Shown here piece by piece: positions 9,425-18,254 of a stretch of 58,160 bases of DNA. This DNA is from a virus (lineage: Duplodnaviria > Caudoviricetes): IMG/VR virus record IMGVR_UViG_3300032898_000006, positions 1 to 58,160 of that record, one strand, 5' to 3'. Numbering within the stretch: position 1 is the stretch's first letter; every line of letters begins with the position of its first letter. The notes beneath the pieces were generated by a model that made no database searches, was not told the DNA's origin, and saw only the letters and a program-made list of their open reading frames with translations. A program made the translations under genes and the position numbers.

Positions 9425-9797
9425 CAGCCAGCGCCCTCGGTCCGAGCAACGGCAGCGGCGGGTGATGCTCGCCGCCCGCGTCAACCCCGAGGAGGAGCGG
9501 CGTATCCGTGAAGCGGCGAAGGCGCAGCGCATCTCCGTGGCGAGCCTGATCCGCAAGGCTGTCCTCGCTGCCGTGGATCAGCAGCAGCCATCGGCAGAGG
9601 AAGGCGCGGTCACCCAGTGGGGCGTCCGTTACACCGCCCGTCAGCCGCGCGGCGGGACGGCGCTCACGGTCATCCCCATTGCGCACGAGCAGACCGCGCG
9701 GGAGACCGCCGCCTCGGCGCGCAGGAACAACCCGGAGGCGGACGATGTCATCGTGCGCCGCCAGGTCGGCCCATGGAAGGAAGTACCCGATGCCTAG
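9417..9797 (+). CDS. ribbon-helix-helix (MobC/DUF1778-like) fusion protein
   Basis: RSEQRQRRVMLAARVNPEEERRIREAAKAQRISVASLIRKAVL. Confidence 0.65.
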   Translation: MPDSQRPRSEQRQRRVMLAARVNPEEERRIREAAKAQRISVASLIRKAVLAAVDQQQPSAEEGAVTQWGVRYTARQPRGGTALTVIPIAHEQTARETAASARRNNPEADDVIVRRQVGPWKEVPDA

Positions 9798-10188
9798 ACA
9801 CCCCAATGACGCCCGCCTGTGGGCGGAGTTGACCGGCCTGTTCCACGACGCAGGCGCGACATCCCCTGAGGACCGGGGCCGCTTCGCCCGCCGTGCCGTC
9901 GCGATCGTCCGCCGGGAGCGCGCCACCGGGGCCGCCCGCACCTTCGCCCCGGGCGACGAGATCCCCTACGACGTGACCCGTGTCTACGACCTTGACGGCG
10001 ACGCCTGGGAGCGTCTCGGCGCCGACCCGGGCCAGCGGGACATGTGGCGCATGCCCGGCTTCAGCCCGGACCAGCACGAGAGCGACGCGGAAGGCTGCTA
10101 CGTCACCCCGCACCTGCTCGACAAGTACGGGCCGCTCACCGAGATCCCGCAGCGCGACCGGACGAGGAAGGGGCCGGGCGGTGGCTGA
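9790..10188 (+). CDS. hypothetical phage protein
   Basis: VYDLDGDAWER...LLDKYGPLTEI pattern common in actinophages. Confidence 0.55.
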   Translation: MPRHPNDARLWAELTGLFHDAGATSPEDRGRFARRAVAIVRRERATGAARTFAPGDEIPYDVTRVYDLDGDAWERLGADPGQRDMWRMPGFSPDQHESDAEGCYVTPHLLDKYGPLTEIPQRDRTRKGPGGG

Positions 10189-10322
10189 AGTAACTCTCAC
10201 CTGCGTGAGCGCCGAGGACGCGCGGATCGTCGCGGCCGAGGCGAACAAGGACGGCGATCCGGCGCACCGGTCGAAAGCGCCCTGCAGAAACCCCCTTGCA
10301 GGTCACAGGAGGATAGGAAGTT

Positions 10323-11525
10323 ATGGAGCAGATCTCGAAGCGGCTGTTCAATTGGGCGTCGATCCTTGAGCCGAACACCCGCGAGCAGGCGGAGCGGACC
10401 GCGTCGATGCCGTTCATCTGGCCGCACCTCGCACTGATGCCGGACGCCCATCTCGGCAAGGGCGCGACCGTCGGGTCGGTCATCCCGACGCTCGGCGCGA
10501 TCATCCCCGCCGCGGTGGGAGTGGACATCGGGTGCGGAATGTGCGCCGTCCGCACCCAGCTCACCGCCGAGGACGTGCGAAGCCGCGGGAACCTCGCCGC
10601 GCTGAGGGAGTCGATCGAGAAGGCGATCCCGCTGTCGGCCGGCCACTACAACACGGCGCTGCGGGACAGCGAGACCGAGAGGCGCGTCGGCGAGTTGTTC
10701 ATGCTGGACGGCGCCTGGTCCGCGGAGAGCATCGCGCCGAACTGGAGCCTGCAACTCGGCTCGCTCGGATCGGGGAATCACTTCATCGAGATCTCTCTCG
10801 ACGAGCTCGACCGCGTATGGCTGTTCCTGCACAGCGGAAGCCGCGGGGTCGGCAACAAGCTGGCCGTCAAGCACATCAAGATCGCCCTCGAGCAGTGCGA
10901 GCGCCGGTGGATCACCCTTCCCGATCCCGATCTCGCCTACCTGGTCGAGGGCGACCTGCAGTTCTCCGAGTACCTCTGCGATCTCCGCTGGGCGCAGCAT
11001 TTCGCGCTCCTGAACCGCGAGGAGATGATGCACCGGGTCATCGGCTGCGTCGCCGATTGGTCCGGCGAAACCGCGCAGCAGCTGGAGACGGTCAACTGCC
11101 ACCACAACTACACCGAGCAGATGTCCGGCGACCTGCTCGGCCAGTGGAAGCGGCCGAAGAACGCGCACGGCCACGTGTGGCTATCCCGCAAGGGCGCGAT
11201 CGACGCCACCGAGGGCACGCCGGGCCTGATCCCCGGATCCATGGGCACCCGTTCCTACGTGGTCGAGGGGCGCGGCAACCCGCTCTCGCTCAACTCCTCG
11301 CCGCACGGCGCAGGCCGCGAGTACAGCCGCTCAGCGGCGCGTAAGACGTTCACCCGCGAGCAACTCGACGAGGCGATGAGCGGCATCGAGTGGGGCCGCT
11401 CCGACGCCTTCCTCGACGAGATCCCCCGGGCCTACAAAGACATAGATGTTGTGATGGCCGACGCCGCGAGCCTCGTCGAGATCAAGCACACGCTGCGGCA
11501 GATCATCAACGTAAAGGGCGACTAG
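10323..11525 (+). CDS. rtcB: RtcB family RNA 2',3'-cyclic phosphate/3'-P-5'-OH ligase
   Basis: MPDAHLGKG, VGVDIGCGM, LGSGNHFIE, LHSGSRG, CHHNY, SRKGA, IPGSMG, SSPHGAGR, DEIP.AYKDI, INVKG. Confidence 0.97.
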   Translation: MEQISKRLFNWASILEPNTREQAERTASMPFIWPHLALMPDAHLGKGATVGSVIPTLGAIIPAAVGVDIGCGMCAVRTQLTAEDVRSRGNLAALRESIEKAIPLSAGHYNTALRDSETERRVGELFMLDGAWSAESIAPNWSLQLGSLGSGNHFIEISLDELDRVWLFLHSGSRGVGNKLAVKHIKIALEQCERRWITLPDPDLAYLVEGDLQFSEYLCDLRWAQHFALLNREEMMHRVIGCVADWSGETAQQLETVNCHHNYTEQMSGDLLGQWKRPKNAHGHVWLSRKGAIDATEGTPGLIPGSMGTRSYVVEGRGNPLSLNSSPHGAGREYSRSAARKTFTREQLDEAMSGIEWGRSDAFLDEIPRAYKDIDVVMADAASLVEIKHTLRQIINVKGD

Positions 11526-11528
11526 GGC

Positions 11529-11767
11529 ATGACCGACCGGCCTTCCTTCGCCTGCCCCTGCTGCGGAGCCGTCTCCTGCAACCCAAACGACGTCGCCCAC
11601 CGTTTGCCGGCAACTGCGTCGAGGTCAGAGTCTTCGATGACGGATCCGCCGACGTCCGCAACAGCAGGAATCCCGGGGAGGGCGTCCTGCGCTTCACCCC
11701 GGGCGAGTGGGAGGCGTTCGTCGGCGGCTGCAAGCTCGGCGAGTTCGACCGGTTCGGCCGGCCGTGA
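11529..11767 (+). pseudogene. Zn-knuckle/DUF397 fusion split by 1-nt frameshift
   Basis: MTDRPSFACPCCGAVSCNPNDVAHR, then a different frame GNCVEV...VRNSRNP...LRFTPGEWEAFV...GEFD (DUF397); break at TTT 11603-11605. Confidence 0.6.
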
Positions 11768-12084
11768 CCCTGATCCTCGAGGTGAGCGCGGGCGGGTCCG
11801 GCTGGAGGCGCGCCGCGGCCCTGAACCCTGGCGACCCGGAAGGCTCGATCAGCGACAACCGCGGCGGCGGACGGGACGTGCTCATGTTCCGCTGCGAGCC
11901 GGGCCGTTCCGTCATCCGGCGCTCGTCGGCCGGCGTGGACTTCGAGGACGGGCCGGACCGGGTGGTCCTTCCCCTCGCCGGCTTCGAGGAGCTGGCGTCG
12001 CTCGGCCCTGGCGAGTCGTTCGAGAGGGACGTCATCACCGGCCGCGGGATCTCGTGCCGGGTGCGATGGCGGCACGTCGGCTAG
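11764..12084 (+). CDS. hypothetical protein
   Basis: GTGA-coupled to the DUF397 stop. Confidence 0.5.
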   Translation: MTLILEVSAGGSGWRRAAALNPGDPEGSISDNRGGGRDVLMFRCEPGRSVIRRSSAGVDFEDGPDRVVLPLAGFEELASLGPGESFERDVITGRGISCRVRWRHVG

Positions 12085-12406
12085 GATTCACCCGCAGGGC
12101 TTCCCGATAAGGGGATGGCGCACAGGGGACGGGACCGCCGGCGTAGGGCGAGCCGGCCAGCGGCGACGGCTGAGACTGGTCGCTCCCTGCCTCCCCGCCA
12201 TGGAGAAGCGGTCGCCGGGCGCGCCTGATGGCTGCGCCCGGCGCCGCGCCCCCTCCCGGCGTGTTCACTGGCCGTCTCCCCCCGATCGCTGTACGCTTGT
12301 CTCTTGCCGGTAGCGCGCCGGCAGCCACGTGGAAGAACCCGGCCGCCCTCCCCCCGTGACGGCCGGGTTCGACTTTTCCCGGGGGCAGCCTTCCACGAGG
12401 TGCGTC

Positions 12407-12700
12407 ATGGCCCGGATGCTCGGCCGCTACCAGGTCCCCGGCTGCTGCCCCGGCACCCGCGCCGGCCTCAACCCCGGACCCGACTGTTCCGGCGGAGGCA
12501 CCATGACAGCCCGCGGGGCGAAGCGCATCGAGGCCCGCCAGGTCGCCGACGACATCGAAGACCAACTCCGGCCTCAGCCCGACTACGACCATCTGCTCAC
12601 ACTCGGCCCGCTCTACGACCTGTCCGACTGCGAGCACGGGTGCAACGGCTCGCCCTGCGGCAGCGAGCGGTGCACCTTCATCTGCCACCCGACGGCCTAG
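12407..12700 (+). CDS. Cys-rich hypothetical protein
   Basis: RBS GAGGTG; DCEHGCNG..C..C..CH. Confidence 0.55.
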   Translation: MARMLGRYQVPGCCPGTRAGLNPGPDCSGGGTMTARGAKRIEARQVADDIEDQLRPQPDYDHLLTLGPLYDLSDCEHGCNGSPCGSERCTFICHPTA

Positions 12701-12710
12701 GCTGACCCCC

Positions 12711-13067
12711 ATGACGCGCTGGGGCCCGTACGTGGAGCGGCGGCTCGAAGACATCCGCCGAGGCGAGGGCCGCGACCAGTGGGACGGCGAATGGCCCGCG
12801 CCCACCGTCGCGGACGCCGCCTGGGCCACGGCGACCGAAACGCTCCCCGATGAGGCCCCGACGCCCTCCGTGGTGCCAACCGGAGACGGCGGCATCGATC
12901 TCGTCTGGCACAAGGGCGGCTGGGACATCGAGCTGGAGGTCCACCCTGACGGAGAGACGCTGCTGTGGATGCACGACCGCGCCGCGGGCGGCGATCTCTG
13001 CTCGGTCCCGCTAGACGACGGCCGCGAGCGCCTCCGCGCGGTGCTGAGCGAGCTCGCGCTTCTCTAG
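12711..13067 (+). CDS. hypothetical protein
   Basis: WDG...P.PSVVPTGDGGIDLVWH..G.DIELEV motif. Confidence 0.65.
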   Translation: MTRWGPYVERRLEDIRRGEGRDQWDGEWPAPTVADAAWATATETLPDEAPTPSVVPTGDGGIDLVWHKGGWDIELEVHPDGETLLWMHDRAAGGDLCSVPLDDGRERLRAVLSELALL

Positions 13068-13072
13068 CCGCC

Positions 13073-13348
13073 ATGCCGCCGAGTCCCCGAAACTCCCCCG
13101 CCCTCGAGGCGGCGCTGTCCCGCGACACGACCCGCCGCGACACCGGCTGGCACCGCGACACGTCCGAGACCGGGTGGGAGATGCTCTTCGGCGACGGGCA
13201 GTGGCACCCGGTCGACGTACGCGTCTGGTGGACCGACGACCGCGGGCGCGAGGTCGTGCAGATCTACTGGACCGCCGAGTACTCGACGTGGACCGGGGTG
13301 TTCGTCTTCGACGCCGGCAAGGCCCGCGAGATCGAGGCCGACGACTAG
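13073..13348 (+). CDS. hypothetical protein
   Basis: Trp-rich ORF converging on the next gene. Confidence 0.5.
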   Translation: MPPSPRNSPALEAALSRDTTRRDTGWHRDTSETGWEMLFGDGQWHPVDVRVWWTDDRGREVVQIYWTAEYSTWTGVFVFDAGKAREIEADD

Positions 13349-14139
13349 GCGGCTGCGCTCCCCGGCGGCCACCGAACAACCCCGTCCTCGCCGATGATGT
13401 CCTTCTTTCGCGGGGCGGCGTACACCAGCCGCCTCAATTCTGCGATCGGCAGCACGTCGGTCGGCTGGATGTCCGCATGCAGGGAACTCTGCCGCGCCCT
13501 GTAGATGTGCTCCATGAGCGGGCGGGCGGGGAGGAACCACTCGGTCCGGCCGAGTTGGTAGGCGCGGAACTTGCGGTGCGTTCGCCGCTCCTCCTGGTAC
13601 TCGCCTGCGCGCAGGAGGAGCGGCTGGAGGCCGCCATGGTCCGCGCGGTGCTGCTCTAGTCGGGATCGGAACCTCTTCGACGTGCCGATCTTGATCATGC
13701 CGTCCGACTCCCGGCGCAGGTAGTAGACGACGCTGTGCCGGGCCGTGGCGCGCTCCCATGCCGCCGCGGCGGCGTCGGCCTCCCGCTCGTAGCCGGCCTT
13801 GGCCTCCACGAGCTCCCGGGTCGCCTCTCTCAGCTCCGCCGACTCGCGGCGTATCTCCTCGGCCCTCGTCTCCGCGACGCGCCACCGCTCCAGGATGTGG
13901 AAGTGGGTCTCGCACAAGTCGATCCCGTGGACGCGATGCTCCGCCGGCGCCCCGCAGATCTCGCCCTGGACGAAGCCGGGGCGGCCCTTCAGTCCGATTC
14001 GCCGTGCAACGCACACGGGCGCGTCGGTCTCGGCCCAGCCGCCGGCCTCGTTATCGTGAACGGCGATCACCGGCCCGTGCGGACGGCCGCGGTTGCATTT
14101 AGGACAGGACCACCGGTCGTGCCCCGCCGCGTGGCGCAT
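13345..14139 (-). CDS. GIY-YIG (T5orf172-like) nuclease domain protein
   Basis: VVYYLRRESDGMIKIGTS..RL...EERRTHRKF...EWF; start uncertain. Confidence 0.8.
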   Translation of the reverse strand: MRHAAGHDRWSCPKCNRGRPHGPVIAVHDNEAGGWAETDAPVCVARRIGLKGRPGFVQGEICGAPAEHRVHGIDLCETHFHILERWRVAETRAEEIRRESAELREATRELVEAKAGYEREADAAAAAWERATARHSVVYYLRRESDGMIKIGTSKRFRSRLEQHRADHGGLQPLLLRAGEYQEERRTHRKFRAYQLGRTEWFLPARPLMEHIYRARQSSLHADIQPTDVLPIAELRRLVYAAPRKKDIIGEDGVVRWPPGSAAA

Positions 14140-14292
14140 CACCTCGGCCTCGCCGGTGACCCTCGGCGGCATGAGGGGCAGTTCGTAGGCCGGGGTGCTC
14201 GCGACCAAGCGGGGACTCCCCTCGGCCGCCGACTGCTCGCCTCGCTTAGCGGGGACTGGCGCCACGGCCGCTATCCCTCCCGTCACTCGCGT

Positions 14293-14553
14293 TCTGGGGA
14301 GATCCTGGGGACGACATCGCCTCGGAGCGCCCCGGAACGCACGGGAGCGCCCCGGAACGCGCATCGGCTACCTGGACGACCGAACACGCAGCGTTGTCAC
14401 CTGCGACAACCTCCCGGGATTTTTTCGCGGACCCCCTTGTACTGGCGAAGGGGGTTGGTATCTCACGCACGACTGTCCCGCCGCAGGTCAAGCCCGGTTC
14501 GAGTCGGGAGGGAAACCACCGCATTGTCATGATCTGGTGAGATTCTGGAGACC
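14293..14553. other. candidate attP with arm-type repeats
   Basis: Paired 11-bp-period repeats YCTGGNGA at 14293/14304 and 14533/14544; 17-bp direct repeat at 14324/14344; inverted repeat GTTGTC-N6-GACAAC at 14393-14410; adjacent to the integrase 3' end. Confidence 0.5.
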
Positions 14554-16148
14554 GGTTTGATTTTCCGGGCCTCCGCGCGCTCGAGAAGCATCGCGTCGAG
14601 GACCGCGACGGGGGAGCGGGGCGACAGCGCGAGGCGCGCGTCGAGCGCCCTCTCGTGCTCCGCGGCCATCATCGCGGCGAGCTCCTCCCTCATGTTGCCG
14701 GTCACGTGACGGTAGGCTCCCGACACCCCGGGGATGTCGTGCCGCAGGTGCGTCTCGGCCATGATGTGCGGGATCCGGTTCCCCTCCATCAGCGTCCGCA
14801 TCGAGTGCCGGGCCATCAGGTGCGGGGTCAGGCCCGGGGCGACCGGCTCCCACCGCACCGTGGCCCGGCTGATCGCCCGCGGCCCGCGCAGCCGGGTCCC
14901 CGGCCACTCGCCGCCGAGCGGCACCGGCCGCTTCGGCAGCCCCCGCCCGGCCGGGGGCAGCTCGCCGGTCGCCGCGGCCTTCACGATGCCCTCGAACGCG
15001 CTGCTGCGCCAGTGCCACGCCGGGTCCGCAGCCAGGGCGCGGCGGGCGAAGCCGGTCGCCGCCGCGGTCTCCTCGACCCGCTTGCGCGCCGCCGCCGATA
15101 TCCCGGCCGCGCCCGTCAGCGCCTTCCGCGCGGTGGTCGGCGACACGCCCGCGATCGCCGCCACGTCGGCGAGGGTCACGGCGCCGGCCGGGGCCCGCCC
15201 GCCGGCGGGGACGCCGAACCCCCGGAACAGGTAGGCGAACCCGTGGCACGGGCACTTACGGGCCGGGCGGGACGCGGCGAACGCCTCGAGCATCGCCGTC
15301 ATGAACGGGGCGAGGATCACGTCCCCGAACGAGTTGTCCTTCGGCGGGCAGCGCAGCAGGCCCCCGGGCGCCTCCGCCCGCATCGTCGCCGCGACGTCCG
15401 TCTCGCCCTCCCTCGCCTGCTGGAGGTCGAGCTGGTGCAGCTGCCACTCCACCCGCAGCCCCTCCGGCCGGAGGTACCGCCGCTCGAGGCCGATGAGCTC
15501 GCCTAGGCGCAGCGCCCCCCAGAACGACGCCTGGCCCATCACGAACTCCTGGTCCTGGCCGGTGAGGATCGCCATCCGCTCGGATATCAGGAGCACGCCA
15601 AGGGCGTCGGTGAACGGCTTCTCCGGGCCGCGGCCCTTGCCCTTGTCCGCCCGCTTGCCGCGGTTCCCCTTCCGGCGCGCCGGGTTCTGGCTAATGATCT
15701 CGGGCACCGCGTCCTCGAGGCAGGTGTGAAGGGTGCCGCGCCAGGTGGCGATGCTCGCGGGCATCTTGCCCCCCTTGCGCTCTTTCATCTCCCAGGCGCC
15801 GATCATCGCCTCGGTGATGTCGGCCAGGCGCACCGCGCCGAACTCCCTGAGGAGGTGATCGTCTAGGTGCCGCCTGCGACCCGCCATCGTCGACCAGGCC
15901 AGGTTCAGCCCCCCGTACCATTCCTCGGCCCACTCGGCGAAGGTCATCTCGGACGCCGGCTTGACAACCCGGCCGTTGCGGACGTCGGACTGACTGTCCT
16001 CGGCGGCGTTCTTCGCGTCCTGCTTGAGGGAGAACCGGATGACGTCGCCGTTCCCGTCGCGGACGCTGACCCAGCCCCCGGCCGCGTCCCTGTACCGGCC
16101 CCGCCAGTAGTCGCCCCTCGGGGACGGCACTCTCTCCGCGTACGCCAT
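14463..16148 (-). CDS. int: tyrosine integrase with inserted LacI-type HTH
   Basis: N-terminal arm domain (YWRGRYRD), TFAEWAEEW, catalytic LRLGE, PPK, TPHLMARH, LRH, GAYRHV. Confidence 0.9.
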   Translation of the reverse strand: MAYAERVPSPRGDYWRGRYRDAAGGWVSVRDGNGDVIRFSLKQDAKNAAEDSQSDVRNGRVVKPASEMTFAEWAEEWYGGLNLAWSTMAGRRRHLDDHLLREFGAVRLADITEAMIGAWEMKERKGGKMPASIATWRGTLHTCLEDAVPEIISQNPARRKGNRGKRADKGKGRGPEKPFTDALGVLLISERMAILTGQDQEFVMGQASFWGALRLGELIGLERRYLRPEGLRVEWQLHQLDLQQAREGETDVAATMRAEAPGGLLRCPPKDNSFGDVILAPFMTAMLEAFAASRPARKCPCHGFAYLFRGFGVPAGGRAPAGAVTLADVAAIAGVSPTTARKALTGAAGISAAARKRVEETAAATGFARRALAADPAWHWRSSAFEGIVKAAATGELPPAGRGLPKRPVPLGGEWPGTRLRGPRAISRATVRWEPVAPGLTPHLMARHSMRTLMEGNRIPHIMAETHLRHDIPGVSGAYRHVTGNMREELAAMMAAEHERALDARLALSPRSPVAVLDAMLLERAEARKIKPVSRISPDHDNAVVSLPTRTGLDLRRDSRA

Positions 16149-16657
16149 CAGCCGCCGCCTTTCTCGTCGCGCTCCCTGATCCTGTCCGCCTCGGCGAGCG
16201 CGAGCTCGGCCGTGCAGTCCTCGATGTCCTCGGCGATCCCGCGGGCGGCCTCGGCGACGCGGGGGAACTCCGACTTCGCGCCGCGCTCCGCGGTGCGCGC
16301 GGCCGCGTCGCGGGCGTCGTCGAGCCGCGCCTTGGCGAGGGCGAGCTCGCGCCACGCCCCGCGAAGCCGGGCGGAGGCGGCGGCGGCCATCTCCCGCTCC
16401 GCCGCCTCCGGGGCCGACCAGGTGAAGCGGTCCGTCGTCACTCCGAGGATCGCCGCGAGGGCCATCGCCTCGTAGAAGGAGACGGACCGGTCGCCCGCCT
16501 CGACTCTGGTGACCGTGTTCTGGTGCCACGGGTAGCCCTGCGCGGCCATGCGCGCGGCGAGTTCCCGCTGGCCCATGCCGCGCCGCTCGCGGGCGGCGCG
16601 GAGGTTCTCGCCGAACGCCTTCTTCTCCGCGAGGAGCCGCTCGTCATCCGATGACAT
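16148..16657 (-). CDS. XRE-family immunity repressor
   Basis: FGENLRAARERRGMGQRELAARM...WHQNTVTRVEAGDRSVSFYEA; divergent from Cro. Confidence 0.85.
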   Translation of the reverse strand: MSSDDERLLAEKKAFGENLRAARERRGMGQRELAARMAAQGYPWHQNTVTRVEAGDRSVSFYEAMALAAILGVTTDRFTWSAPEAAEREMAAAASARLRGAWRELALAKARLDDARDAAARTAERGAKSEFPRVAEAARGIAEDIEDCTAELALAEADRIRERDEKGGG

Positions 16658-16739
16658 GGATCAGACATTACATCGTTATGTGTTCACCACGCATACCGAA
16701 ATGGGATTAGTATCCTCAGTTGTGGTCGGAGGTGATCCT
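16658..16739. promoter_or_regulatory. lysis/lysogeny switch region
   Basis: AT-rich spacer between divergent repressor and Cro-like genes. Confidence 0.6.
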
Positions 16740-16985
16740 ATGACGATATCGGCGGACAGCGCCGTGACGCTAGCGCGCCTGCGCGCAGATGTGGCCAGCG
16801 GCAGGGCCAAGGAGGTCCGGGAACGGGCCCGCCTGTCGCAGGCGGAGGTCGCCAAGGCAGTGGGAGTGACTCAGCCGACGGTGGCCGGCTGGGAGGCGGG
16901 ACGGAAGATGCCGCACGGCGAGCGCGCCGCCCGGTACGCGGACCTGCTCGCGCGACTCGAGCAGGCAGAGCAGGAGGAGCAATGA
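16740..16985 (+). CDS. Cro-like XRE HTH protein
   Basis: VRERARLSQAEVAKAVGVTQPTVAGWEAGRKMP; RBS GGAGGTG. Confidence 0.85.
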   Translation: MTISADSAVTLARLRADVASGRAKEVRERARLSQAEVAKAVGVTQPTVAGWEAGRKMPHGERAARYADLLARLEQAEQEEQ

Positions 16986-17275
16986 CGACGGCAAGGCCAT
17001 CCCCGGAGGAACTCGCCGCAGTCGGCGCCCCGGTTCACTACACGCCCGCCGAGGCGGCGGCCATTCTCGACCCCTCGGGGAAGACGACCGGCTACTGGCT
17101 GCTCAAGCGGGCGCGGAGCGGCCTGTTCCCGTGCACGCGGGTCGGCCGGTCGATCGTGTTCTCCCCGGCGAACCTCGCCGAGATCGCCAGGGGCCTGAAC
17201 AAGCCGGCCGCGCCGCGCACCATCGCGACGGCGGCCTCGAGGTCCAAGCAGCAGAAAAGGCGGAGCGCCGCGTGA
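16982..17275 (+). CDS. excisionase-like HTH protein
   Basis: YTPAEAAAIL...WL.KRARSG.FPCTRVGRSIVFS. Confidence 0.7.
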   Translation: MTTARPSPEELAAVGAPVHYTPAEAAAILDPSGKTTGYWLLKRARSGLFPCTRVGRSIVFSPANLAEIARGLNKPAAPRTIATAASRSKQQKRRSAA

Positions 17276-17403
17276 ACACTCCCACCCTTCCCAACGACGA
17301 CGACACGCTCCCGAACCCCTGGCGACTGGGGCAGCGCCCGGTACGCCGGGCCGAAGACGGGCGATCCCGGTTCCGGACGCGGCTCCCTCGAGAGGCGGCC
17401 GTC

Positions 17404-18234
17404 ATGATCCGCCGGGCCCTCGCCCCGCTGGCCGCGCTCGCCGCCGCCGGCGCGCTGTTCCTCGCCCCGGCCGCGTCCGCGGCGGTCACCCCCGCCGGCG
17501 GCGTCGCCCTCTGGAACCGCCCCGTCTGCGGCGCCGAGTACGTCCCGATCGACATGGGCGCAGGCGACTACTTCAACGTCTACAACGAGCAGGACGGCCG
17601 GTCCTGCGTCTCGGCCGAGGAGCACCACCTCAGCTTCGAGGTCACCTCCCGCGGCGGCTCCGTCAAGGGCTGGCAGTACCCGAACATCAGCAGCGGCTGG
17701 GAGTGGGGCCGCTACACCTGCGCTGACGGGCGATCGGCCTACCCGGCCTCGCCCGGGTCGCAGTGCATGCGCTACCCGGTGCAGGAGAAGGCCGACGGCA
17801 CGCCGCTGACCTCGGTGACGTACTTCCCGCACCTCGCGGCCGGCAACGTCAGCTACGACATCTGGTTCAACCGGACGGACTCCGCGCCGGGCCAGGACGA
17901 CGGCACCGAGGTCATGATCTGGCTCGCGCACCCCGGGGTGAGCATCCCGGCCCGGTCCGTCTGCTGGGACGCCACCATCGGGGGCGTGAAGTACGAGGCG
18001 ATGTGCTGGACGGCGCGCAACGGCGCGACCAGCTGGAACTACGTCGCGTACGTCGCCGTCAGGCAGACCGCGACGCTGCCGCCGACCTGGCTGAACGGCT
18101 TCTTCCGGAACGCCATCAGCCACGGGAAGCTCAGCCCCGACTGGTGGCTGACCGGGATCGATTTCGGGAGCGAGATGAACAGCGGCGGGACCGGGTTCGC
18201 CGTCAAGACCTACATGCTCAAGGACGTGCGATGA
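17404..18234 (+). CDS. secreted GH12 endoglucanase-like glycoside hydrolase (in-frame extension to 17272 possible)
   Basis: Signal peptide; YPNI, NVSYDIWFN, TEVMIWL (nucleophile), WLTGIDFGSE (acid/base). Confidence 0.85.
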   Translation: MIRRALAPLAALAAAGALFLAPAASAAVTPAGGVALWNRPVCGAEYVPIDMGAGDYFNVYNEQDGRSCVSAEEHHLSFEVTSRGGSVKGWQYPNISSGWEWGRYTCADGRSAYPASPGSQCMRYPVQEKADGTPLTSVTYFPHLAAGNVSYDIWFNRTDSAPGQDDGTEVMIWLAHPGVSIPARSVCWDATIGGVKYEAMCWTARNGATSWNYVAYVAVRQTATLPPTWLNGFFRNAISHGKLSPDWWLTGIDFGSEMNSGGTGFAVKTYMLKDVR

Positions 18235-18254
18235 GCGGCGCCGGGGGGAGCAGC

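Noticed and set aside
14492-14520. tRNA 3'-end-like att core CCCGGTTCGAGTCGGG..ACCA
   Set aside because: T-stem does not pair in register; too weak to call
14463-16529. 688-aa integrase as given in the ORF track
   Set aside because: N-terminal extension overlaps the repressor; the coupled ATG at 16148 is the plausible start
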